Made by a program: the position numbers and the translations under genes. A DNA stretch of 64,000 bases from Octopus vulgaris (Eukaryota), in contig OX597831.1 of assembly GCA_951406725.2 (NCBI GenBank), positions 16,678,001-16,742,000 of the forward strand, written 5' to 3'. This document shows, in pieces, positions 40,636 to 52,300 of the stretch. How positions within the stretch are numbered: the first letter of the stretch is position 1; every line of letters begins with the position of its first letter. Under the pieces are notes generated by a model. That model did not search any database and was not told the DNA's origin. It saw only the letters and a list, made by a program, of their open reading frames with translations.

Positions 40636-43490
40636 ATGAAATTGCAGACGTTTATATTAATGGAAAGAGTGACAGCTTCGTGTAATTAATTAATCAATTA
40701 CCGGCTCAGTTGATAATCAAGAGAGCTGTATGTTGTTGATTTTGTGTGAAATTTGCAGATAGATACAGACGGAAGCCTTGCTGCCTCCAGTTTCGAATCA
40801 TATATATATCTGTTTGATACTAATTCCCTCTGAAAATGTATAAATACGTGAAGCAAAATGCACTTTGCCTGAAAACCTGCGAAGTAAATACGTCTCATTT
40901 TACTTGAAATGAAAACAAAAGCTATCTGAGACAAAAAAAAATTCTATGCATATATCGGTAAGTGAATCTTCGATAAATGGAAACACGCGTAAACCAGATC
41001 AAAATTTCAGATTTGGGAAACATTTAGTGACCTTGTTTGACAACATGTGATCCAGTATTATTCTTAAGAAAATGGAATGCTTAGCGCTATTTCATTTGTC
41101 ACTACGTTCTGAGTTCAAATTCCACCGAGGTCGCATTGCCTTTCATCCTCTCGGGGTTTAAATAATTAAGTACTAGTTGCGTATTGGGATCTATCTGGCC
41201 CCGCTTCCCTAAAACTCTCGGGCCTTGTGCCTTGAGTAGAAAGGATATATAGTACGTATTCAGACTCAGTTTGGAATTGGTTATTACGAAAATATTATCA
41301 AATTCTTCGAGATTTTCTGGACGAAGAAATGCATGTCAACAGCAGGCCACCCTCATAAACACATAATACATGTATACTTAATACATACGTACATACATAC
41401 ATTCTCTTGTATAGTGAAAATGTACACCTTTCCCGTTAAAAAGTGGTAATAAGCGGCCGTTATAGACAGACCAGCAGCCGGTCGACAGGGTAATGTCAGA
41501 AGATCGAGAGTACGTGTAGACTGTGTTTATAGTCGTATCTGTGCCGATATAGTAATTAAGCTGTGATACTGAGTGGACGTTAGATCGATCCAATCTTTTC
41601 TGGATTATAACAACTGTGGGGTCTACAATGCCACATAAAACATCCTATCGACGACTTCGTAATATAACAATATCTGTCACAGCGAACCGTCGTCAAAAGA
41701 CAAACACAACAGTGGCAAACACATGCATGCGTGTAAATCTGGGAAAAAAACGTCCTATTGTTTATCTAATATCGATAAAGTTTCTGTTCTTTTTTTGAAT
41801 ACTTAAATCCTATCCATTGGATCGATTGTTGATCCCTTGTACTCAAAATTATTAAGTATTCGAAAAAACAAAATAATCAATACCGCATTCGTCCTCATCA
41901 TAATTAACGGTTTTCTTTTTAAATAATGTTCTAATGATCTGAAAAATGAGAATTTGAACAAGAATAGTACGAAGAGTAATTATCGTTTCCTGAGTCACAA
42001 TCTTTGCCAATATACAGTTTTGCAGTCGCGTATAATTGTAAAACTCCTATGCAACTCAAACATGGTGGATATTTTAAACGCAGTGTTTTCGGGTAATGCT
42101 TCCAATTGAAACTATACTTCTCTACTTTAACTATTTCATTCTCCTTTAACATTTTACAATACACAGCACCACTCATATCCCCACAGACATTATTGTCTTC
42201 GAAATGGATTCTTCTGTTTAATTGGATAATAACCGCTGTCATTTTCGTTAGTTAGAATTACAGAGAAGCTACTTTACGTCATTAGAGACGATACTAACCA
42301 CAACAAGTTCGGTAGCAATCCTGATCTTCAATGACGAGCAGAGGACAACCTTTTTCCTTAAACTTTGAAGTATTCTGATGAAGATAAGACTCATGTATAT
42401 GGATGTATTTTATAATCGTATTGTTACATGCATTATGTTGTTTCGCTAATTTTCGTGCAGCTTGATGTGAAATTTTCTGAACTGCGCTTGTTCCAAGTTC
42501 AATATTGACATAATCTTGACTGGAAGCATGAGAATCTGCATGAGAAAACATCTCCGAATATAATCTTGACAAATCATTGTATTTATGTCTGAACACTTAA
42601 TGTTATATTTCCATATAAGGAACGCATGTTTCGTGATGTTTCAGTTGATAATTAGACTTTTCTCAAGTTATACAACATGCAGTTTCTAATATGAGTCAGC
42701 TGAAGTAATTTAAATGGTTAAAATGGATACGGATGTATCCAGAATGGTATGCGTAATACGCAACGCGAAAAATCATTTTAATATCACAGCAAATATTTAA
42801 TTTACTGTAAGTAATGAAAAGGCAATGTCAAAGTGATATCGAAAATGCTATGCGGAAATTTTACAACCTGATGTATATTTACACATACACTTTTATGCTT
42901 ATAAAGTGACATGTATATGTTTCCATGAGTTTGTATGATCCTAGTTGTAAACCTGGATGAAAGCGTGCTCTGAAGTATTTACATATAAACCTGTTTTTAT
43001 ACTGATGTCTTTTCTCTACACGTTTCGTACAAATAACCTATTTCTAAAATCTAGAGATAAATTTAGAAAACAATGAAAATGGAAAATATATTTATTCATG
43101 CTGTCAAAAATCCTTTCAAATAAATACTAATGTTTTGATTGAGTAACTTAAATAAATCTGTAAAATACCTTTCAAAACATCATCCAAAGCATTAAATCGT
43201 CATTATATTATACTATAAATATTTATGAGTGCAGAACAGAATGGCTTAATCAAAAGTTACCAAATTTGTAAATATTGAAAGATCTTTTGTACAGAATATT
43301 AAAATGGAATTACAAGACTGCAGAGAGAAAATCCCAGCTGTTTCAATAAAATACGTTCAGTTATAATGCCTTCTCAACCAATCGTTCCCATCCTTTTCAC
43401 AGTGGTTCCCAACATTGGTACCTTTTATTTATATGAGTTTTCCCACGGAACACTTTTAATATGCTTATCCTTCGGAAGTTGGAAGTCGGA

Positions 43491-43809
43491 AACCCCCTTC
43501 GGTCATGACTGACCATGGGATTGCAACTAGGAATTTACCCTCCCAGGCACAAGTCCGGGCAAGGTTGTTTATGGAAGAACAGCGACAGCCAATGCGTACC
43601 GGCCTCCCATCTACACGCCACCAATGTTATCCAAGGGAAAGGCAAAGGGCCCGATACAGCTTGACATCTGTGACGTCGCACCTCAGTTCTACAGCTGAGT
43701 GAACTGCATCAACATGAAATAAAATGTCTTGCTCAAGAACACAACACGTAGACCGGGCCGAGATTCTAATTCATAACCTCATGATCGTAAGCTCGACGCT
43801 GTAACCACT
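43491..43809 (-). mobile_element. tRNA-derived SINE; partial copy at 53070-53220
   Basis: tRNA-like head at 43760-43809, TGTGTTCTTGAGCAAGACA central motif, 3' tail shared with 53070. Confidence 0.65.
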
Positions 43810-43862
43810 AGGGGCCCGTGAATTAAATTCAAAATTTCATATGTATATATATATATATATAT

Positions 43863-44174
43863 ATTATATAAAAGGGCTTAGTAAAATAAATTACTTTGCC
43901 ACATACTGAACTCATTAGAAATAGCAGCCAAAAAAGTTTTTTTAGCTATTTCTAATACTTAAAGAAAGTTTCTCTCAGATAGTGTTTACTCAGAATAACC
44001 CACGAAGGGGTTATGTTTTTACCCCCATACCTTCGTGGGTTATTCTGAGTAAACACTATCTGAGAGAAACTTTTTTAAGTATTAGAAATAGCTAAAAAAA
44101 CTTTTTTGGCTGCTATTTCTAATGAGTTCAGTATGTGGCAAAGTAATTTATTTTACTAAGCCCTTTTATATAAT
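43863..44174. repeat. Near-perfect palindrome with about 146-bp arms
   Basis: 43863-44008 is the reverse complement of 44030-44174. Confidence 0.95.
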
Positions 44175-44267
44175 GTAATATTTTGAATTCGCCTTAAATG
44201 GTCCCTTTACATACTGAATACTTGGTGAAATTGATTAATAACTAATTAATTTTACCCTCAATTGTTG

Positions 44268-44311
<44 letters not shown>

Positions 44312-44342
44312 AGTAAGTATCTCATTTATTTCTTCTGCCACA

Positions 44343-44399
44343 TGTATCACTGACGAAGAGAGGGTTCTTAGGAACTAACCTTGAAATCGGTCCGATATG
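44343..44399 (+). ncRNA. Type I hammerhead ribozyme-like motif (Penelope type)
   Basis: tgtatca CTGACGA agag AGGGTT cttaggaact AACCTT GAA ATCGGT C cgatatg. Confidence 0.55.
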
Positions 44400-44544
44400 G
44401 TAATAATGGAATTTTTTAGAAGTTTCGGTGGTTTGTTTTTTAGTAGCGTGCGTATTGTGAAAACTTATATGGTAATGGACAATATGTCTAATTTTCGGCA
44501 TATTTGGCATTAGAATTTTTTTCGTTTGCCCTTATTTATAAGTT

Positions 44545-44603
<59 letters not shown>

Positions 44604-44897
44604 TTTGAATTTAATTCACGGACCCCCAGTAATATTTCCGAGGATGGGAAAGACCCTTCTAATCGTTGGAAGACTATAAGGGCACTGCAACATATTATCA
44701 ATTAAGACAATCGACAGAGAAATTTGTGCATTGGTATTGACTGTCAGGAATCTGGTAAGTTAGGAGATTTCCTATTCCGCGGCAGGGGTACAGCAGGTTA
44801 ATCCGTGTAAAGTGTTACTTAACGAGGATAAATACGTCACGGCAACGACATACTTTGTTTCTCTCGTAATAAAACCTCCGTAAGAAAGGATAAATAC

Positions 44898-45148
44898 TGT
44901 TACACATTCATATCTATGTGTATACGTGTGTAGAATACATCCCCACTTTTGGCACTATTTGTTAGTGAACAGTACGAACTGTGTTTTAAAGTAAACAGTA
45001 TTACTACGCTGTGTCTAACGATATACAGGTGTCGCTGCGCTGAAAGTAGCACAGTTCGTGTAACATGGAAAAGTAAATAAACACGTAAAAGAATAACTAT
45101 GCCTCTTATTGAGTTGTCTTTCCCATTAGAACGAAACTACACATAACA
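44898..45148 (+). repeat. 5' LTR (TGTTA...TAACA, 251 bp)
   Basis: Terminal inverted 5-mers, AATAAA, followed directly by the PBS. Confidence 0.9.
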
Positions 45149-45161
45149 TGGTGGCAGCGGT
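45149..45161 (+). promoter_or_regulatory. Primer-binding site, tRNA-Leu-like
   Basis: TGGTGGCAGCGGT is complementary to the ACCGCUGCCACCA 3' end of eukaryotic tRNA-Leu. Confidence 0.75.
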
Positions 45162-48100
45162 AAATAATTAATTGGAAATTGTGACTTTACAACAAAACAG
45201 AAACACAACGAACCAGAAATTAACAAACAAAACATAGCTTCGTCTTCGGACACACATACACGAGAATCCAAAATGGTGAGCCCCGTCGCCGTACAGATGA
45301 ATCTACATCCAACCATGAATTGGGACTCCGGTGTTATCGTAGAAGCGTTTTAGAAATTCAAACAGAAAACTCAACTAGTTTTCAAAAGTTTCCTGAAAGG
45401 CACAACTGAAGAAGAAAAGGTAAGCTATATCCTTTTATGGACGGGAGAGGAGGGCCTAGACCTATTCAATAGCTGGGACATGTCAGAATCGGATTGCAAT
45501 AACCCAGACACACTTCTAGAGAAATTTGAGAGGCACCTAGAGCACAGGTCGAACCATAGAATTCACAGATACGAATTCCAGAGCCTGAAACAAGACCCAC
45601 AAGAAACGATTGACAATTTCCTGTCCAGACTAAAGAATGTTGCCGAAAAGTGCAAATTCAAAGATAAGGACGAAAGAATTGTTGACCAATTAATATGGGG
45701 GTGTATTCATAAAGAAGTTCAGAAATCCCTCATAGGTAAGGACGCTCTCCAGTTGATAGAAGCAGTAGACACTGCAAGAGCATTTCAAGCCACTACCAAA
45801 CAAATGGCCTCACTTACCTTACAAACAAACTCACTAGGCAGCAGTGTAGATATTGTATCTAGGCACAGGACGAAACGCACATGCAAACAAAAAACATGCC
45901 AGTACTGTGGTACAGCGCATGAATTCCATAACCGGAAGAAATGCCCTGCATTCGGTACACACTATAAAGTATGTGGAAAACTTAACCACTGGAAAAAATG
46001 TGTAGGTTGACAACATCCCAGAAATACAAGCTCCAATCTTCAAAGAGGAGCGGAAATAGAAGAAGAAATATATATGCACAACAAAAGGAACAAAACACTT
46101 CAGAGGAGGAATTCTTGGCGGTCGGCAAAATAAATGTACATGAGATGGGAAAGGACGACCAGAAAAAAAATGAGGCATACACAACAATAAGAATTCAAAA
46201 GAAGGCTGGCAAGAAAAGAATAAACATTGACTTAAGGCTGAAGATTGACACTGGAGCCCAGAGTGATATCTTGCCTGTCAACCTTTACAAGAAGATGTTC
46301 CCAGAACACATGCCACAAGAGGATAAAATCAAAGAAGGAATCCTCACTGCGTACGGAGGTACCAGGATTCCACAACTGGGTAAAACAACAATCACAGGGA
46401 CACACAATGGAAAAACAATCAAGTGTTCTTTTAATGTCACAAGAACAGAGGAACCAGCAATTCTTGGACACGATACCTGCAAAAAGCTAAATATTGTGTC
46501 AATCAATGGTGAAGTGAAGGCAGCTCCAAGCAGGATTGACAGAGATATGCCTATCAAAGACCGACCACCAATCACAAACAAAGAGGAATTGATAAGCATG
46601 TACCCTGAATGCTTTCATGATATAGTCGGGTGCTTTGTAAAATGTCGATACCATATAACAGTCAACCCTAATATCAAACCAATTGTTCACCCACCTCGCC
46701 GCGTCCCTCTAGAACTAAAAGAGAAGCTGGAGACAGAGTTGGACAGAATGGAAAAAAAAAGAAATAATCACCAAAGTGACACGACCAACAGACAGGGTAA
46801 ATTCAATTGTGATCAAGGAAAAACCCAATGGTACCCTACGGATATGCCTCGACCCAAGGGACCTGAACAAGGCATTAAAAAGAGAGTACCATCCAATTCC
46901 AACCCTTGAAGAAATCACACCATCATTGGCTGGGTCCAAATTATTCAGCTAACTGGATGCCAGTAATGGGTACTGGAATGTAAAGATAGGCGAAGAGTCA
47001 TCCATGCTCACTACCTTCAACACACCATTTGGCAGATATCGATTCAGCCGTCTCCCATATTTTGGATTGAAGGTGAGCCAAGATGTTTTCCAGCGCCAAA
47101 TAGATGAGACTTACCAAGGCTGCAAGGGAGCAATTGGAATAGCAGAAGACATCCAAGTGCATGGCAAGGATGAGACCACACATGACTTCAATTTACATGA
47201 AGCTATGCAGAAAACCCGACAAGCAGGCATCAAACTCAATGCAGACAAGTGTGTGATAAAAGCAAAGAAGTGCAAATTCTTTGGAATTATATACTCTGCA
47301 GAGGGATTTAAACCAGACCCCGCTAAAGTGGAAGCCATTAGAGACATTAAAGAACCTAAAGACGAGAAGGAACTCAGGAGCTTCCTGGGACTCATCCACT
47401 ACATGGGAGCCTTCATACCCAAGCTGGCTGATCACACTGCAAATCTCCGAGAACTAAACAGAGATGACGTAGAGTTTGATTGGTGTGCTTCACGCACACA
47501 GGATTTCGAAGCGATCAAAAAGCTCATCAGTAAGGAGACAACTCTGCAATAGTATGACAGACGCAAACCAATAATACTCCAAGTCGATGCATCTATGAGA
47601 GGAGTTGGCGCAGCACTGATACAGGAAGGTAAACCCATTGCATATGCCTCGAAAGCTCTCTCACCCACAGAGACAAGGTACGCAAATATTGAAAGGGAAC
47701 TCCTGGCAGTAGTATATGGATGTGAAAAGTTCCATACATACCTGTATGGCAGACATTTCTATATTGAAACAGACCATCGCCCGCTAGAACAAATACATAG
47801 AAAACACCTCACAAAAGCACTAGCCAGACTGCAAAGATTACTGTTAAGGCTTCAAATATGCGACTACGATATCAGGTACAAGCCAGGAAAAGACCTGATA
47901 TTGGCGGATGCTCTTTCCAGACTATCATCACATGATAAACAGGAGATGGAAGGACTAAGCATAAAGGTGCACCACATTGTAAATGTGACAACCACAAAGA
48001 TAGCAGAAATCAAAGAGGCAACCAGCAGAGATGAAGAACTTCAGCTCCTTACTCAGATGGTGATTCAGGGGTGGCCAGAAAAGAGACATCAGGTGCAGTC

Positions 48101-49092
48101 CCTAATTCGTGAATATTGGGCCATCTATGATGATATATCAGTGGAGAATGGAATCCTGATGGCTGGATCCCGAATAATTATACCCAAGTCAATGAGAAAA
48201 GAGATTCTGGACAAGATCCACCCAGGGCATCTAGGAATGGAGAAATGCATGCTTCGAGCCAAGTCAGCAGTATACTGGGTAGGCATGTACAAAGACATAG
48301 AGAAGACAGTTTCTACATGCCACATCTGTAAAAAGTACAGAAACTCACAACAAAAAGAGGAAATGATATCTAGTGACATCCCAAGAAGGCCATGGCAAAC
48401 TATTGGAGCAGATCTGTTCACAGAGGGCTAAGAATGGTATTTTATTATGGTCTGCTACTACTCCAAATTTCCAATTGTGAGAAAAGTGAAGGACCTGAGA
48501 GCCAAAACAATCAATACAGTGGCTCGAGGACTTCTAGCAGAGCAAGGAATACCAGAGCAGATCATCTGTGACAATGGAACTCGCAAGAATTCAAAAAGCT
48601 AGCCGATGAGTATGGGTTCAATATTACAACCTCATCTCCACACTACCCAAAGGTCATGGGTTTATAGAAAGACAGGTGCAGACAGTGAAGAGAACAATAG
48701 TCAAATGCCGAGAGACTAAGGAAGACCCACACCTGGCACTTCTGTCCCTACGAGCGAACACCACTGAGAGCTGATATGAAATCCCCAGCAGAATTGCTGA
48801 ATGGCAGGAAGTACAAAACTACCCTGCAAGTAAGATCCAACCTCCTATTGACCAGGAAGAGACAAGGGCAAAGTCAGCAGCCACTCAAGAACATTCACAG
48901 AAATATTACAACAAACATGCACAATACTTACCTGAGATACTTGGAGGACAACATGTGCATACTCAAGATCCCATAACTAAAACAAGGATTCCAGCACAGG
49001 TTGTCAGTAGAGCTGAAACCCCAAGATCGTATATAATAGAAACGGAATCTGGTAAGCAGCTTAGACGCAACAGGGCCCATATCCGCCCAACA

Positions 49093-49324
49093 CTAATGGG
49101 AAAGACAACTCAATAAGAAGCATAGTTATTCTTTTACGTGTTTATTTACTTTTCCATGTTACACGAACTGTGCTACTTTCAGCGCAGCGACACCTATATA
49201 TCGTTAGACACAGCGTAGTAATACTGTTTACTTTAAAACACAGTTCGTACTGTTCACTAACAAATAGTGCCAAAAGTGGGGATGTACTCTACACACGTAT
49301 ACACATAGATATGAATGTGTAACA
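49093..49324 (-). repeat. Inverted copy of the LTR (first 232 nt)
   Basis: Reverse complement of 44898-45129 with about 3 substitutions seen. Confidence 0.95.
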
Positions 49325-52300
49325 AATACTAACCAGGGTTTTTTCCCCCTTATTTCCAGTAATGAATACCTATTATTCTAGCAACTATGATTATTCTAAT
49401 GGTGGTGAGTAAGAGAGTAAACCAACGATTAATATTAAACAATGTTTATGATCATGAAATCCGAAAATTGTGATGCCAGAGGTCAATGGACTATTTCAGA
49501 GTCTTCTTGAGATTAATCGACGTACTCATAATAAATTGTCCACGTTACGTCCTAAATGGATAAGGATAATAGAAAGCATGTTTGTCAAGGACTTTAGATC
49601 CACATCAAAGCAGCCTTTAGAGCTAAAGGCGGGTGGATAGTCTGAGCTGATGAGAAGGTTTATTGTGATCTAGCCCACAGATATTTATCAAAATATATTT
49701 ATTTGTCTTGTAATATTTTATCAGTCCCAATATGTTTGAGGCGTATTCGAACCGGTGAACAAAGTATTTACTGCATTTTTTCACGGAAGATATATCCCGT
49801 TTGTTGACAAATGGCGTGTATACACCTACATTCGCCGGTTCAAATGTGTCTCAATCATATTCAGACTGACAATGACGTCACAGGTTTACCCATTACTGCT
49901 TAGCGCTCACCGTCAGGAATCTACTTTTCTATGCATTGCACTCGTTTTATTAAATTAACAAGTATGCCCACAGGTATCTCTTGCGTTCCGTAGATATGTA
50001 AATGTTTTGACCTGTTCATAGTTAGCTGAGCAAGAGTGCAGGTTGTGTGTATACTCATATATTTATTTCGATCAGCACAAATATATCAACATGTTTTAAT
50101 TATTCAGTTTTAATGATATGTTCTGTTTTGATACTGGTAATTATGTAAAAAAAAACAAACCCACTCTTAATCATTGGCTGTCTCCTATATTTACTTTTAA
50201 ATCATTCCATCTGATTGAAACCTCAATATGTTAATTACTGTTGGATTTATTACATGAAAATAGGTTCTCGTTTACGAAAAATATGCATTCATAACATATT
50301 CGACTAATTAAGACAAGGGATTCTGTGACACTGATGTTTGGACTTGTGGTCTGTCGGCAGCTTTCCTCTAAGCAATCAGAATACTCATTTAGATAATTAA
50401 ACCAATAGCAAGCACGCATACAGAATGCTTGTATTTTGATAGTTTGAGGGTATGCTGCTCTTATAGGCATAAGAGAGTATATTCTCTTAGTGCGATTGGT
50501 GTTAAAACACCCGTGAGTCATAGACAAGCGAGATAACTCGCGACAGATCCTATTCAAGAGCGATAGACATCGATGTTTCGTAAATTTTGTGACTCGATTT
50601 TCCATCAGGCGCATGAAGAGGACCTAATCTCTTAAGCATATTTGATATAGTTAAAATTTGTCAAATAAAAAAAGATGTAACTTAAACCATAAAATGAAAG
50701 ATGAACACATGTTAGCATATATAATTAAATATAGCAAATATGTATCTTCACTTATTTAAGGCCAGCACCTGTTACACTATATTACTTAAGACGAAGTTAG
50801 TTGACGGTAAATTTATTTTACTACTTGAACGATTTGTTACGGATAACCAAGATGAAATATTCCATATTCATTTCATTTCTCATTTTCGGTAAGTTTCGAT
50901 TACTGCATATAAACGTCTCACCTGTATAGCTAAGTGGAAATCTCTGTTTATTGTTATCTCTTATTCTGATTCTCGTTAGGACGGCATTTATGCATGTAAG
51001 TGTATACATACACATACAAATAAACACACATCTATTGATGTGAATGTTTCTCTGTGTGTCAATGAATACAAAGGTTACAACACTGATGCTTAAAATTTGA
51101 CCTTTAAAAATACATTATTGCATTCAATTTCCATGCGCAGTGCCTGTTTTCTGTTATGACACAACATCCAGTAATATCTTCTTAACGAGTTTGGTGCACA
51201 AAAGCCATATGAAAACCACACACACACACATACATACGCGCGCGCGAACAAACAAATGTATATATGCGTGCGTGTGTATGTGTGAGCGTTTGTGTGCCAA
51301 TGTATATGCGTGTGTTTCTTCCTTTGCATTCTACCTCTTGTCAATCGATATTAGTTTACCTGTACGTAGCTCTCCATTAAAGGATCCAATTGAATAAATA
51401 TTTGCCTTAAAATAACACTTAAGGTGCACTAGTATGTCTGTAGGCCAAAGACTGAAGAAAGTAATAACAAAACGATAGATGGGTCTTCTTTATATCTATG
51501 TATAAGCGTGCATATAAAGGGTTCAAACTCTCTTTGTATACTATCTCTCACAACATGCACAAACGCGCTCAACGCTATAAACTTATGTAAAAACAATGTC
51601 ATACATGCAGACTTTGCAATATGCGTTTAAATTATATAAATCACTGACTCACATTTATATAAATACAAATACTAAATCTATTTCATTATGCAAAAACTAT
51701 CATCGAAAAAGTGAAGTGTACCCAAGCAAAAAATCGGACTATAAAACAGCAATAATGCAAAAAAGCAAAAATGACACCCAAGTACGTAATTACTCTCGGG
51801 AATTGGCATACTTTGACGAGCTGCTCTATTTTGCTACTAAAATATGTATTAATATTAAGCGTTATTGGTTATAAGAATTAAGGTCTCCACGCAACATTAA
51901 TACAATTGAAGATGGGTCATTTAAAATATATCGTTTTTGGATTTGGTTTCGAAGATTCTTTATATAGGTTCGTGTGTTGAAGCATATTCTCTTGTGTCTA
52001 GGGAGAGTCATTTTCTTTTTTTTTTATAATTTGATTTGTATTATAATTTAACACAATCACCGGTAAAATTTCCACTTATTTCTTATTTTTATTTTGCTAA
52101 AATGTTCGTTGTGTCTTGCAACATTTTCACGCGAGAAGTAGTCAAAACTGCCTTTTGAAGACAGTTTTCTCTTTTGTTTAAATATACACTATTTTATATT
52201 TGAGAATATATTGTCTATTGACATTTTATATATGTTGGACCACTGGACATGAATTTTCAAAAAGAAAAAATTCACTACTATATATATATTTTACGTAAAT

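Larger units (their letters stand above)
44898..49324 (+). mobile_element. Ty3/Gypsy (Mag-like) LTR retrotransposon with frameshifted gag-pol and an inverted right LTR
   Basis: gag with Cys/His knuckle and CPAFG, protease IDTGAQ, RT TTFNTPFGRY, RNase H DAS..YANIERELLA, integrase H..H..C..C and RRNRAHIRP; AATAC TSD at 44893-44897 and 49325-49329. Confidence 0.93.
37040..50921 (-). pseudogene. Intron-containing Argonaute (AGO-like) pseudogene interrupted by Tx1, SINE, Penelope-like and Gypsy insertions
   Basis: N domain: KINLPSTNF (50793-50819), RCLSLLNRI..TKRIYSLMPI (about 50463-50580). L1/PAZ/L2/MID exon 41401-42699: VFRH, LGTSAVQKISHQAAR, KVEKY..LRLKYPPCLSCIG..YTRLQNC, DECGI, YYEVV..DVLCGIV, SDIT..SITAA. 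PIWI: HVVKQGH, IEDSLTD..EFFFVS (40921-41047), GIS..ANFTQNQ..YQLSR exon 40702-40829, YSDCHGIACPA exon from 37122. Confidence 0.75.

Noticed and set aside
41931-42242. HFE...PCLSC as an AID/APOBEC-like deaminase motif
   Set aside because: Better explained as the Argonaute PAZ LKYPxLPC motif, given colinear flanking AGO motifs
44898-49324. DIRS-type element (inverted terminal repeats)
   Set aside because: Encodes an aspartic protease and DDE integrase, and has a tRNA PBS and TSD; no tyrosine recombinase
49500-49680. Possible further Argonaute N-domain exon (FDVDLKSLTNML)
   Set aside because: Position fits but similarity is too weak to call by eye
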